Positions 36,624 through 46,831 of a stretch of 47,739 nt of DNA are shown piece by piece. The DNA comes from Candidatus Zixiibacteriota bacterium (GTDB taxonomy: Bacteria; Zixibacteria; MSB-5A5; GN15; FEB-12), in NCBI GenBank assembly GCA_024277795.1, contig JAJRUL010000033.1, forward strand, positions 1-47,739, given 5' to 3'. Each line of letters opens with the position of its first letter. The first letter of the stretch is position 1. The position numbers and the translations under genes were made by a program. The notes under the pieces were generated by a model. It made no database searches, had not been told where the DNA came from, and worked only from the letters and a program-made list of their open reading frames with translations.

Positions 36624-37202
36624 TTACCAGTTTTCACCCAATAGTTCGAAATGTGCTTGAGGATGCAAACATGCCGGGCAGAGGTTTGGCGCGTCTTCTG
36701 ATTCATGCAGGTAGCCACAGTTCCTGCAACGCCAGACAACTTTACCGTTTCGTTTGAACACTCTTCCAGCTTCGAGATTATCTGCAAGCTCTTTGTAACG
36801 TTTTCCATGCTGTTTTTCAGCAATTGAGATTGCATCAAAAGCATCAGCAATCTTGTTGAATCCTTCTTCTCTGGCAATTTTGGCAAAGCCGGGATACATG
36901 GTACTCCATTCATGTTCTTCACCGGCTGCGGCGGCTCTTAAATTGTCAAGGGTTGATGCGATAACTCCTGCGGGAAATGTTTCAGTTATTTCGACATTCC
37001 CACCCTTGAGAAACTTGAAGAATCTTTTTGCGTGCTCTTTTTCTTGATTTGCGGTTTCTTCGAATATACTCGCTATCTGTACCAACCCTTCCTTTTTCGC
37101 AACTCCCGCATAATATGTATATCTGTTTCGAGCTTGAGATTCTCCTGCAAATGCTATTAGCAGGTTCTTTTCAGTTTGAGTACCTTTGATATTTGCTGAC
37201 AT
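36624..37202 (-). CDS. rbr: Rubrerythrin (start ATG 37202 after GGAGG)
   Basis: AFAGESQARNRY, EKEHAK, GEEHE and AEKQH di-iron motifs; C-terminal CRNCG...CPAC rubredoxin site. Confidence 0.96.
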   Translation of the reverse strand: MSANIKGTQTEKNLLIAFAGESQARNRYTYYAGVAKKEGLVQIASIFEETANQEKEHAKRFFKFLKGGNVEITETFPAGVIASTLDNLRAAAAGEEHEWSTMYPGFAKIAREEGFNKIADAFDAISIAEKQHGKRYKELADNLEAGRVFKRNGKVVWRCRNCGYLHESEDAPNLCPACLHPQAHFELLGENW

Positions 37203-37273
37203 TTCTTTACCTCCATTGCGACATATATGTAAGAACATACTATTAATACATAAGATTGTCTATCATTATAGCT

Positions 37274-37307
37274 AAAAAAAAGCAGGCACCTGTTAGGGTG
37301 CCCGCTT
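37274..37307 (-). terminator. Intrinsic terminator of the 2,734-aa gene
   Basis: AAGCAGGCACC-tgttag-GGTGCCCGCTT with an A-tract on the + strand. Confidence 0.8.
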
Positions 37308-37329
37308 CTCTTACAAGAGGTAGTTACTA

Positions 37330-40300
37330 TTAGTTACAAGGAGATGGTGCAGGACCGCCCTTGAACAGATAGTCAACAAGATATGTCAAATCTGCAACAT
37401 TGACTGCTCCGATATTATCAACATTCGCTTCCTCCAAACAATATGGAGGTGGAGCACCCTGGAAGAGGTATGCCACAAGTGCTGTCAAATCAGAGACATT
37501 GACAGCCAATCCGAATTGGTATCCACTATGGTTTATGTCACCTCTGATAACACAGCAATTCCATGCATAGAGTCCCCATGGACAATAGATCACGTTTTCA
37601 CTAACGCCATCACCTAAACCGCTGGCAGGATATGTCTCTGCGATTTCATTGGTAACATCAGCAACATCATGACAAACAGTGACTGTTGCCTCAGCGGTAC
37701 CGATTGTATCGGTCGGACCATCCCAAACACCCCAGAAGTTATTGCGTGCATCAACTCCTACCGTCAGATTGGAATCATAGAACAATCCCCAATGATTGTC
37801 ATGGATAGAGTTCTGTTCAATGACTGTTCCAACAGGATCGTAGTCAACTGCTGTCCCACCAAAATGACTACCCACGAGGATGGCTGAGTTATAATATGTG
37901 CGACAGTTAGGACCCGGGCAATCGATATAGCGTTTTCCTTGATAGGAGTCCCCCATATCAAACAGTTCATTGTTGCTGATTGTCGTGTTGTTGGCCCAGG
38001 TTTGTATCCCATTGACACAATCTGACACAGTATTGCCATCGACTAGCGCATTGTCAGAGCCAGGTGCAATCTGAATTGCCGCGGCATTAAATCCGCCCCA
38101 ACCATCAGGACCATAGTAGTTACAATCATAGAGAATGTTGTTAAGAACTTGAGCATTCTCAGACCGAATATCAATACCCGGTTGTAGGGTAAATGATACT
38201 TCATTACCACTAATAACCGAAGTCACAATCGAACCTCCGCTTTCAGGAACAATGCCATACGCCCAATGACTGACTTCACAGTTTGTGACATTGAAATCAA
38301 TTGGACCGACAGCATAGGCAGAAACTCCCCAACTATCAGCAAGGTCGACACCTGTGAATGTACTGTTGCTAATCGTAATAGAAATCGGAGCTTTGTCAGC
38401 TCTATAATCTATTTCTGTCTCAAACGCTTCTGGCAATTTCAGACGTGTATTTGATGCCTTAGCAGTTCCTGTACTGTAGACCCAGAGACCATCACCAGTT
38501 GGATTAGTTACAGTGGAATTATCGAATGTACCGCCACCATCAATATAGTAGACAGAGGTCTGACACTCATCAATAGTTACCGCATTTGCATTGACAGTTC
38601 CCGGACCAAACACAAGGAATCCTGTTGCTGTCCAAGTCCCACCAGTATATGTCACTTTACTGATTGAGCAGTTATCAACGGTACCACCAGCGCCACCGCT
38701 TATCTGTATACCATTTTGTGCGGTAACTGAAGTCGCACCAGCACCAATAGTGGTTACATTGCTCACATCAACGACCAGCCCGTCACCGATCAGAGCAACT
38801 GCTGTTTTCTGGAACTGTTCTACTAACAAACCATTCAGGGTGATAGTATACGGTCCACCAGTATTGTTATTTGCCAAGACACCAACACCATGTTGAGCAC
38901 CGCTAAATGTGCTGTTCATAATGTTAATGATTTTGAGGTCAGTAAATGATCCAGATGAATTCCAAATACCGAGCCCAGCAAATCTATAGTTTGAATCACC
39001 TTGATGGTCACCATCAATAGTGAGTCCACTCATTGTAACATTGCTAATACTATCAACAAACACTACAGGATAGTCGTTGTTACTTGTTGCAGTAAAGAAA
39101 TGCGTCAAGGTTGCAGGTGAGGTAATTACTGATACATCTACACCCGCTCCTATAAATGTCAGGTTGTCTTTGTTGATGTGAACTTGTTCAGTATAGATAC
39201 CTTCAAAGATATAAATTGTTCCACCAGTATTGATTACATCAATACCATCTTGAATTGAAGTAAAGGCATCATAACCCCAGATATGTCCATCGTTTGCATC
39301 GGCTGGTGTATAATCATCATCGATCCATACAACATTCGGTGTACCAAAGCCACATACCGAGAAGTCTTCATTACACCAAGGTTCATAATCAACGTTGGCA
39401 CTGACTGAGACACCAAATCCTTTATCGGCAAGGTTTGGACGTGTGTACTCAAACGACTCAGGAGTGAAATCATCATTCGCCATGAATGGCAGATAAAGTT
39501 TCTTTGTAGTCGTTCCTGATGATTTACTTAAATCAAGGAATGGTCCTGAGATATCTCCCCACCAGTTTTCCTCAGCATTAAACAGAGTTGAGAAATTGTT
39601 GTACACGCCATAGCTCGTACTGCCAGCAAAGCTGTTTTTATGGGCTTCACTGTTGGTCACATTGCCAGTAGTTAGATCAAGCCATTGTTCTATACCGATA
39701 CTTCCGTCGGTAATAACATTGTCATGAATATTGGCATTTAGTGTTCCATTGGTCCAACCTGCATAGTAAGCCCCACCCCATGGATCGGCATCACTACCCC
39801 ACAATTCAACACCTGCTGATGTACTGTTGGTAATAGTACAATTCAGTACTTCAACATTCAAACTAACACCATCATTGCCCAAATGGGTTTCAATAGCCCA
39901 TTGGTTATTATCCAACGTAACGCCATCGACAATAATCGTTGGGGTAACTGTCGGAGTGTAGACCCAATTCCACTGTGAGTAGTTGATCCCCATCTCACAG
40001 CCAACAACAGTACCTCCAGTAACGGTTATGTCACCACTTTCAAAGAAGAGAATACCAGTTCCTGACCAATCAGTTCCTGGATAGGCTACACCGCTAACAT
40101 CATTACCTGTCAGGGTACCTGATGTCCCGTAAGATACTTGAATGCCATTTTGGGCTAGTGTAGTTATACCTCCACCGTCGACATTGTTGTTGTCTACTGT
40201 ACAAGTTCCACTTGGTCCCATGAGTAGAATTCCGCCCTTCTGGAACGATGGAATCAAGTTGTTGGAAAAGTCGACATTGAACGACCCTGAGGCACTATGA

Positions 40301-43300
40301 GTTGCAACTAAACTCGCAACTCTGCTGTTGCTTGGTCCTGCGGCATTGGTAATGTCAACGATACGACAATCTGTAACAGAACCATCGGAATCAAAGAAAT
40401 GGACACCATAGAAATTATTGGGGCCTAGTTCTTTGCCATCGATCGTAAAGCCACTAATATGTACAGTTCCAGCTTCAAAAACACCGATACAAGCATCAAT
40501 AGTTCTTACTGATCCAGACCATTGAGTAATATCATACGTTGTACGATCAACTAACGGTACTGCTTCAATAATGGAGTTGTCCATACCAGCACCAATAATG
40601 TCGAGCGATTTATTAATATATGTCTGACCTACATACGTTCCTGCCAGAACATTAATGATATCACCAGACGAGGCGGCATCAACAGCTTCTTGAATTAAAG
40701 AATTGTAGGAATTATCCAAGTTCCATGTCCAACTCGAAGTATGAGGATCACCAACATAGTTGGCATTCCACCATGGAGAATAATCGACTGCACCTAAAAC
40801 AGTCTCACCTGTTCCCTTATCTGTTGTCGTATTTGTTACAACTACAGGAGCATTCTCAGGCATATCGTCACCATAAGGTGATGGTGCCATTGTTATACTC
40901 TTTGGTGCGGAAGACTTTACACCGACAGTAGGACCTGACGGATCGTCCCAGTAACAACCAGTCGCACTGATCGTGTCAGTGAAGGTATTATTAACAGCAG
41001 ATGCTGTATTTCCCGTAAAGTAGCAACCGTGGATTTCTACAGAAACCGTATTGGTTGTGTTACCTGATTGGTCAGCAGTCCAGATGCCGTCATATAATGA
41101 CCCAGTAATTGTACAACCTGTGATGACAGCATTGAGATTACCGTTGTTCCATCCTGTATAGTATGAACCTCCCCATGGATCAAGCGCGGTACCGAATATA
41201 TCGATCCCGTCTCCGCCATTATTCAATATATTACAATCGGTGACTGTCATATTAACTGAACTGCTGTCACGACTCATTTGAACACCAAGGGTCCACGTGT
41301 TGTCATGCAGATTCAGATTTGTAAAACTGAGATTGACAGGAGTCGGTTTGTTGTATACCCAACCCCAATCGCTATAATTGATTCCGCTTTCACAGTTGTA
41401 GGCTTCATCACCATCCATTGAGACATCACCACTCTCGAATAGGAGGATACCTGTTGATGCCCAATCTGAGCCTGTGTAGGCTGTACCCTCAACATAGTTT
41501 CCTGATGTAGAGCCAGAAGCCCCATAACTCAACTGGATACAGTTACCTGCAAGACTGCTTGAAACGACTCCTGAAACAGAGTTGTTATTAACTGTAAATG
41601 TTGCTCCAGGACCCATTATCAGTATACCACCCTTTTGGAAGTTCGGTATAACATTGTCTGAAAAGTCAATTGAGAATGTCTCACCAACACCATGTGTTGC
41701 AACCAAACTTACTATTCTTGAGTAAGAGAGATTCACAGCATCGGTGATGTTACTAATTTGACAGTTGTTTACCGATCCATCAGTATTAAAGTAGTGGATG
41801 CCATAGAAATTATTCGGTCCAGATTCTAAACCGTCTACAGTCAACCCAGAGATATTGACAACTCCCGCATCGGCAACACCGATACATGCATCGATAGTTC
41901 TCGCCGATCCAGACCATTGGGTTACACTATACGAGACTCGATCTACAACAGGAACAGCCTGTACAATTGTTGTTGCGCTTCCCGCACCAATCAGATCAAG
42001 GCTTTTCGTTTCGATCTTAATCTGTTCAACATACGCTCCACTAGCAACATTGATTGTCCCACCATCGGCTATTGCATCAACTGCCGACTGGATATTATCA
42101 AACGCATCGTAACACCAATAGTGGCCATCATTTGCACCGAGTTCAGTATAGTCATCATCAACCCAGATTTCTGCCGGAGCTGATGTTGTGAAGTCACATT
42201 TTGTGAAATCAGCATTACACCACGGTTCGTATACGATACCATCACTGACTTGGTTACCCATTCCATTTGGATTTGTAACTGCATGGAGTGGTCCGCAATA
42301 GGAGCCCCAGTAGTTATTACTCATTGAAATAGGTGTAACAGTATTTGACCAAGCACCTTCAGTATTGTTGGTAATTGTATTGGAGGTGGCAATAATATCA
42401 GCGACACTTCCACTTTCGTATGCAACGACACCGATTTCCCAATCAGTAATTGTACTGTTTGTTATAGTAGCTGTGATATTATCACCTACTGACCAAACTG
42501 CGACACCATAGCTGTTTACATATTGGATACCTGTTAAGGTAAGATTGTCCATCGAAACTGATGTTGCCATACCTTTCAAAGGAGTTGACTGATTGTATGC
42601 TTCTTCAAAAGGCTGAACATTTCTGAATGCGAGATCAGTAATTTGACTCTTGGAATACCCGTAATCTCGAATACTCACACCTTCTTCATATTCTGCACCC
42701 ATTGCCACAACACTCACGCCATCGATTGTACCGTTAGTGCCCTGATAGACAATGCTTGACTGTGAATTAGTCACACTACTGTTGCCGATGAGATCAACTG
42801 AGTTTGCCAGATAGAATAACATACCACTAGCAGTCCAACTTGGACCTGTATATACAATACCTGAGACACTACAATTGTCAACAGTTCCCGTTGCTCCAAA
42901 GCTAATCTGGATACCATTTTGTGCAGTAATTGCTGTCGGGCCTTGACCAGTAACAGTACATCCTGTAACGTTTGCCGTCAGTCCGTCACCGCTTAGGGAT
43001 ATTCCTGTTTTTTGCATATCATCGATAGTGACATTTGTCACATCGATTGTATATGGGCCACTTGTATTGTTATATGCATAAATGCTCACCCCATGCTGGT
43101 TTCCGCTAAACGGCTCGTCACGTACAGTAGTAATATGTACATTACTAATTGTTCCCCCTGTATTCCAATAGCCGACACCAACAAAACGATAGTTTGCATT
43201 TCCGCGTCCCATACCGTCGATAGTTAGATTAGAAATCGACGGGTTGACAGCGTCATGGACATATACTATCGGATAATTATTCGCACTGGTTGTGAAGAAA

Positions 43301-45534
43301 AGAGGAAGAGTTGTTGGAGACTGAATGGTTGTAGCACCGATGCCAGCACCTACAATGCTTATCTCCTTGCTGATATCCAATTGTTCTTCATACGTTCCTG
43401 CATCGACGTTTATTGTTTGTCCATCGACAGCGGCAACAATCGAAGCTTGTATAGTCATTCCGACTGAGACCATTAACTCATTAGTTGTACGGTCAATAAT
43501 AAAGCTATTCAACGGATCAGGACCTCCAAGTACAACTGCTTGTGCAGTTGCAAGGTCAGGATAGTAGGCATGGAGTCCAGCAACTGAATTGCTTCCTGTT
43601 AAATGGCTAAAATCTGAAGTAGGGATTGTCAAATTTGTTATTGGGAACCCGCCTCCTTCTTCAGTATACAAGCCTGTAATTTCGCCGAATGAATTTGTTC
43701 CAGTCAGCACAATATTGTCAGTTCCGCCTGTATAATATGTTCCCTGAGTATAGATCCCGATACCACCCCAAGCATTGCCACTTGTTGTGATATTCTCGAT
43801 TGTGATATTTCGACCGTCGGTTATACCCAATCCAACACCACCATTACCAGTAACGGTTACATTTAGTAATGAACCTAAGTCTGCACCGTTGATATCAATA
43901 CCAGACCGTCCACAGTTTTGTACTGTTACATTGGCAATAGTACAATTGGTCAAATCACCTGCTATTTTTAATCCATAACCGAAAGCAGCAGGGAGAGGAC
44001 CTATCATTGTGAAGTTGTTAAAATTCACATTTGTTGCACTAGAGTTAATACCATAGGCAGAGAAAGATGAAGCATCAATTATGACACCTGCTTCACTCTC
44101 ACCTGTGAGGGTAAGATTCTTGCTAACAGTTAGTGCTTCTGCATAGTTACCATTCAAGACATATACTGTACCATTGTCGAGTACCGCATTAATTCCTTCC
44201 TGAATAGTAGCAAAAGCATCATAACCCCAGGCATAACTTGTTCCATTTGCGGAGTTATATATGTCAACATCTGCCTGACTCGTAAATCCATCATCTACAA
44301 TGATATTGCTCAAGTCACCAGTAGCATAATAAATGCCTCGTGCACACTCTCCTGCTACTTCTGGATAGTGATTGCCAGAACCAGCATATAACCAGCCCCC
44401 ACTCAGATCTTGAGTCATGCTCAACCAATATGACATACGATTGATTTCTGTTTGATAGGTTGCTTGATCCAAGCGACCGAGAGTCATCATTGCATACGCT
44501 GTTGATTGCCAATCTTCATCATCAATATTAACACCATTGCAATAGCCCATTGCTCCCGAAGGATGCAGACTTTGCAGGAGGAGAGTTACTAGGCCAGGTA
44601 TTTCAACAGTATGTGCTCCTGATTCGGAGAATGCATCGATCAAGCCTGCGATACCCAAGTTATACATCCAGTAATCAGCTACGCCATACGCAGGGTCAAA
44701 GCCTGCATCAGCAACAATATCAAAATATCCTGGATTGCTGTTGTATGAATCCTGCCAGAGGACTTCAGCTATATCAATTGAAGCCTGCGCATAATCATAA
44801 GGATCAGTCGGGTAACGTGCTGAGAGCATCGCCGCACTACGGGCAAACGCACCCACATCCCACGCAATAATTCCGTTTGAATACCCTTGACCATTTCTTA
44901 CATCACGAATATACTCAGCCAACAATGTTGCTGATCCTTTACTCGCAATTCTCGCATCAAATTTCGCTTTGGCCGCATCTGCATACATTGTTCCAGTAAC
45001 AACCGAGAGGTCATTATATTGCATGAGGAATATAATATCAGCCGCTGACCAAATTGAAGTGTTGCCAGCCATATAATCGGCGGCATCAGTCAAAGCGGTA
45101 AAGTAGGAAGCGTCTCCTGTTGCCTTATATGCCGACAGAAGCCCCATCGCCGTTGCACCATATATGTTGGTTGGACTATTTGCTGTAGAATGAGCGAACG
45201 GTGCTGGTGGAGATGCAATCACCCAATCCCAACCACCATCATCGGGATCATCAGGAGTTTCATCTACTCCGTTGGTTCCGTTTCCCGCATTATCATCAGT
45301 TATATCTGCCTGCATCCCTTTGAGATATTCAGCAACCTCAACCAGAGCTGAACCAGAAGAAGCAGGGATGCCGTTCGATTTTACTGCACCTTTGCTCCTT
45401 TCAAAGGACCCTGCCACAGGCAGTGTATTGTTTTCTTTACCCCAAGGGTTAACTGGTTCCGCTGAAATGCTTGCTGTGAGAGCAAACAAAACAAGCAGAA
45501 TCACAAACCCAACCTGTCGTTTTGTGAAAAACAT
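37330..45534 (-). CDS. Giant secreted protein: N-terminal (alpha/alpha)-barrel-like domain, multiple parallel beta-helix modules, C-terminal dockerin-like domain
   Basis: Signal peptide; QW-like motifs (YLKGMQ..GGW, WLSMTQDLSGGW); repeated TIQ.AI.A...G..I.V..G.Y.E beta-helix caps and N.W/G...GP ends; GDINHSG...NVSDLTALVAYLF duplicated. Confidence 0.85.
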   Translation of the reverse strand: MFFTKRQVGFVILLVLFALTASISAEPVNPWGKENNTLPVAGSFERSKGAVKSNGIPASSGSALVEVAEYLKGMQADITDDNAGNGTNGVDETPDDPDDGGWDWVIASPPAPFAHSTANSPTNIYGATAMGLLSAYKATGDASYFTALTDAADYMAGNTSIWSAADIIFLMQYNDLSVVTGTMYADAAKAKFDARIASKGSATLLAEYIRDVRNGQGYSNGIIAWDVGAFARSAAMLSARYPTDPYDYAQASIDIAEVLWQDSYNSNPGYFDIVADAGFDPAYGVADYWMYNLGIAGLIDAFSESGAHTVEIPGLVTLLLQSLHPSGAMGYCNGVNIDDEDWQSTAYAMMTLGRLDQATYQTEINRMSYWLSMTQDLSGGWLYAGSGNHYPEVAGECARGIYYATGDLSNIIVDDGFTSQADVDIYNSANGTSYAWGYDAFATIQEGINAVLDNGTVYVLNGNYAEALTVSKNLTLTGESEAGVIIDASSFSAYGINSSATNVNFNNFTMIGPLPAAFGYGLKIAGDLTNCTIANVTVQNCGRSGIDINGADLGSLLNVTVTGNGGVGLGITDGRNITIENITTSGNAWGGIGIYTQGTYYTGGTDNIVLTGTNSFGEITGLYTEEGGGFPITNLTIPTSDFSHLTGSNSVAGLHAYYPDLATAQAVVLGGPDPLNSFIIDRTTNELMVSVGMTIQASIVAAVDGQTINVDAGTYEEQLDISKEISIVGAGIGATTIQSPTTLPLFFTTSANNYPIVYVHDAVNPSISNLTIDGMGRGNANYRFVGVGYWNTGGTISNVHITTVRDEPFSGNQHGVSIYAYNNTSGPYTIDVTNVTIDDMQKTGISLSGDGLTANVTGCTVTGQGPTAITAQNGIQISFGATGTVDNCSVSGIVYTGPSWTASGMLFYLANSVDLIGNSSVTNSQSSIVYQGTNGTIDGVSVVAMGAEYEEGVSIRDYGYSKSQITDLAFRNVQPFEEAYNQSTPLKGMATSVSMDNLTLTGIQYVNSYGVAVWSVGDNITATITNSTITDWEIGVVAYESGSVADIIATSNTITNNTEGAWSNTVTPISMSNNYWGSYCGPLHAVTNPNGMGNQVSDGIVYEPWCNADFTKCDFTTSAPAEIWVDDDYTELGANDGHYWCYDAFDNIQSAVDAIADGGTINVASGAYVEQIKIETKSLDLIGAGSATTIVQAVPVVDRVSYSVTQWSGSARTIDACIGVADAGVVNISGLTVDGLESGPNNFYGIHYFNTDGSVNNCQISNITDAVNLSYSRIVSLVATHGVGETFSIDFSDNVIPNFQKGGILIMGPGATFTVNNNSVSGVVSSSLAGNCIQLSYGASGSTSGNYVEGTAYTGSDWASTGILLFESGDVSMDGDEAYNCESGINYSDWGWVYNKPTPVNLSFTNLNLHDNTWTLGVQMSRDSSSVNMTVTDCNILNNGGDGIDIFGTALDPWGGSYYTGWNNGNLNAVITGCTITGSLYDGIWTADQSGNTTNTVSVEIHGCYFTGNTASAVNNTFTDTISATGCYWDDPSGPTVGVKSSAPKSITMAPSPYGDDMPENAPVVVTNTTTDKGTGETVLGAVDYSPWWNANYVGDPHTSSWTWNLDNSYNSLIQEAVDAASSGDIINVLAGTYVGQTYINKSLDIIGAGMDNSIIEAVPLVDRTTYDITQWSGSVRTIDACIGVFEAGTVHISGFTIDGKELGPNNFYGVHFFDSDGSVTDCRIVDITNAAGPSNSRVASLVATHSASGSFNVDFSNNLIPSFQKGGILLMGPSGTCTVDNNNVDGGGITTLAQNGIQVSYGTSGTLTGNDVSGVAYPGTDWSGTGILFFESGDITVTGGTVVGCEMGINYSQWNWVYTPTVTPTIIVDGVTLDNNQWAIETHLGNDGVSLNVEVLNCTITNSTSAGVELWGSDADPWGGAYYAGWTNGTLNANIHDNVITDGSIGIEQWLDLTTGNVTNSEAHKNSFAGSTSYGVYNNFSTLFNAEENWWGDISGPFLDLSKSSGTTTKKLYLPFMANDDFTPESFEYTRPNLADKGFGVSVSANVDYEPWCNEDFSVCGFGTPNVVWIDDDYTPADANDGHIWGYDAFTSIQDGIDVINTGGTIYIFEGIYTEQVHINKDNLTFIGAGVDVSVITSPATLTHFFTATSNNDYPVVFVDSISNVTMSGLTIDGDHQGDSNYRFAGLGIWNSSGSFTDLKIINIMNSTFSGAQHGVGVLANNNTGGPYTITLNGLLVEQFQKTAVALIGDGLVVDVSNVTTIGAGATSVTAQNGIQISGGAGGTVDNCSISKVTYTGGTWTATGFLVFGPGTVNANAVTIDECQTSVYYIDGGGTFDNSTVTNPTGDGLWVYSTGTAKASNTRLKLPEAFETEIDYRADKAPISITISNSTFTGVDLADSWGVSAYAVGPIDFNVTNCEVSHWAYGIVPESGGSIVTSVISGNEVSFTLQPGIDIRSENAQVLNNILYDCNYYGPDGWGGFNAAAIQIAPGSDNALVDGNTVSDCVNGIQTWANNTTISNNELFDMGDSYQGKRYIDCPGPNCRTYYNSAILVGSHFGGTAVDYDPVGTVIEQNSIHDNHWGLFYDSNLTVGVDARNNFWGVWDGPTDTIGTAEATVTVCHDVADVTNEIAETYPASGLGDGVSENVIYCPWGLYAWNCCVIRGDINHSGYQFGLAVNVSDLTALVAYLFQGAPPPYCLEEANVDNIGAVNVADLTYLVDYLFKGGPAPSPCN

Positions 45535-45990
45535 AATCGTCCCCGATCAAAAAAAATTAATGTTTTGATATTTCAATGAAATATCTGTACCCTGGTAATT
45601 CAAAAAACTAATATTGTATCTTTTTATCCATATCCCCTCCGAATGAAAGACCCGCCGTTATCAATCACATGTACTAAATATTGTGTGCTCGTTGTTCTAT
45701 AATCCCATCGTTACTTGTTACATAATGAAAAATCGGCATTCTGTCAACCGCTATCTCAGGCATAGCACCAAAACTTTCGATTCAGATTTCTTACGATGTG
45801 ATACAGCTTATCGATGGGACAACAACAGTTGAAGTTGTATGCAACAGATGTGATTTTTCATGCAATTCGCTATACAAATAAGTTATCACATCACTTCTGT
45901 GAAGAAGTGCGTATAATGTGCTTACTATCTATAGTCAAGGTCGATGAATAAAATAATGTGAAGGAAAGAATTGATGCTGTACTTTGTTCC

Positions 45991-46028
45991 CCAAAAAAGA
46001 ACTGCCTGACTGTTTTAGCCCGACAGTT
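45991..46028 (-). terminator. Intrinsic terminator downstream of the small Cys-rich gene
   Basis: Minus strand reads GAACTGTCGGGCT-aaaac-AGTCAGGCAGTTC-TTTTTT. Confidence 0.7.
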
Positions 46029-46138
46029 CCTCTTGTCAACTTCTAGGTAAGTCACCCGACATTACAGTAATAGTATCTTTCAACATAGATACGTAGCCAT
46101 AGGTGCAAGGTCTGCTAATATTGTTTATGCTCTAAGGA

Positions 46139-46333
46139 CTAGCTGACTGAGCAACTCATATCCTCACCACAACATATAGGTGACTTGATCTTACCGTGGT
46201 CATTTGGGCACTTTGATATTTGCACTTCTCTGCCATCGTCAAGTTGTAGCATATCGTTGACCAACGGTGCATCACATTTTGCGCACGTCGCATTGACTGC
46301 CATTCCGCATTTCTTACATTCGTATGTAGCCAT
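46139..46333 (-). CDS. Small Cys-rich putative metal-binding protein (64 aa)
   Basis: AAGGA RBS; CKKC, CAKC, CPNDH and CCGEDM (desulforedoxin-like CCG..M) motifs. Confidence 0.75.
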   Translation of the reverse strand: MATYECKKCGMAVNATCAKCDAPLVNDMLQLDDGREVQISKCPNDHGKIKSPICCGEDMSCSVS

Positions 46334-46405
46334 TGTTTTTCCTTTATAGGTTTATAGTTTCTTATCCAAGGTCGGGATTCGATATGGATTTGCACAATAA
46401 AAAAA

Positions 46406-46478
46406 TACGCCATCTAGGGATCGAACCTAGGACAAGCTGATTAAGAGTCAGCTGCTCTACCAACTGAGCTAATGGCGC
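46406..46478 (-). tRNA. tRNA-Lys (anticodon CTT), CCA not encoded
   Basis: GCGCCAT acceptor stem, TAGCTCAGTTGGTAGAGC D-arm, GCTGA-CTCTTAA-TCAGC anticodon arm, CTAGG-TTCGATC-CCTAG T-arm. Confidence 0.97.
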
Positions 46479-46831
46479 ATTTTCAAACTGTCGCTATTTT
46501 CAACCAAGCGACAGGTAGCCGATAATTCGGCCATTCGAGGACATTATATAAGAAAACAGGTTGAAATTGGCAAGGGATTTCAGCAGTACATGCAATATCC
46601 GACCAAGAGCTTAATTCTTCACTCATGGTGGGGTACAACAGGGAATTGTGCAGGTCCGCAAGCGAACGCTACGCTACTGCTTCTGTAACAGACCAATCGA
46701 ATGGCAACATTCTTCATTTCATAGATATCATCAAAAGGGGATATATCCGGCAGATTGGGGTATCAAAGATAAGAACAGATTAATCGGTGCATATGGAGAA
46801 TACGAGGTGTCAGGAGCACAGGGCTCTTGAC

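Noticed and set aside
37669-45568. Many short alternative-frame and antisense ORFs inside long genes (likewise across 523-34056)
   Set aside because: They are shadow ORFs fully overlapping well-supported genes, with no motifs or RBS.
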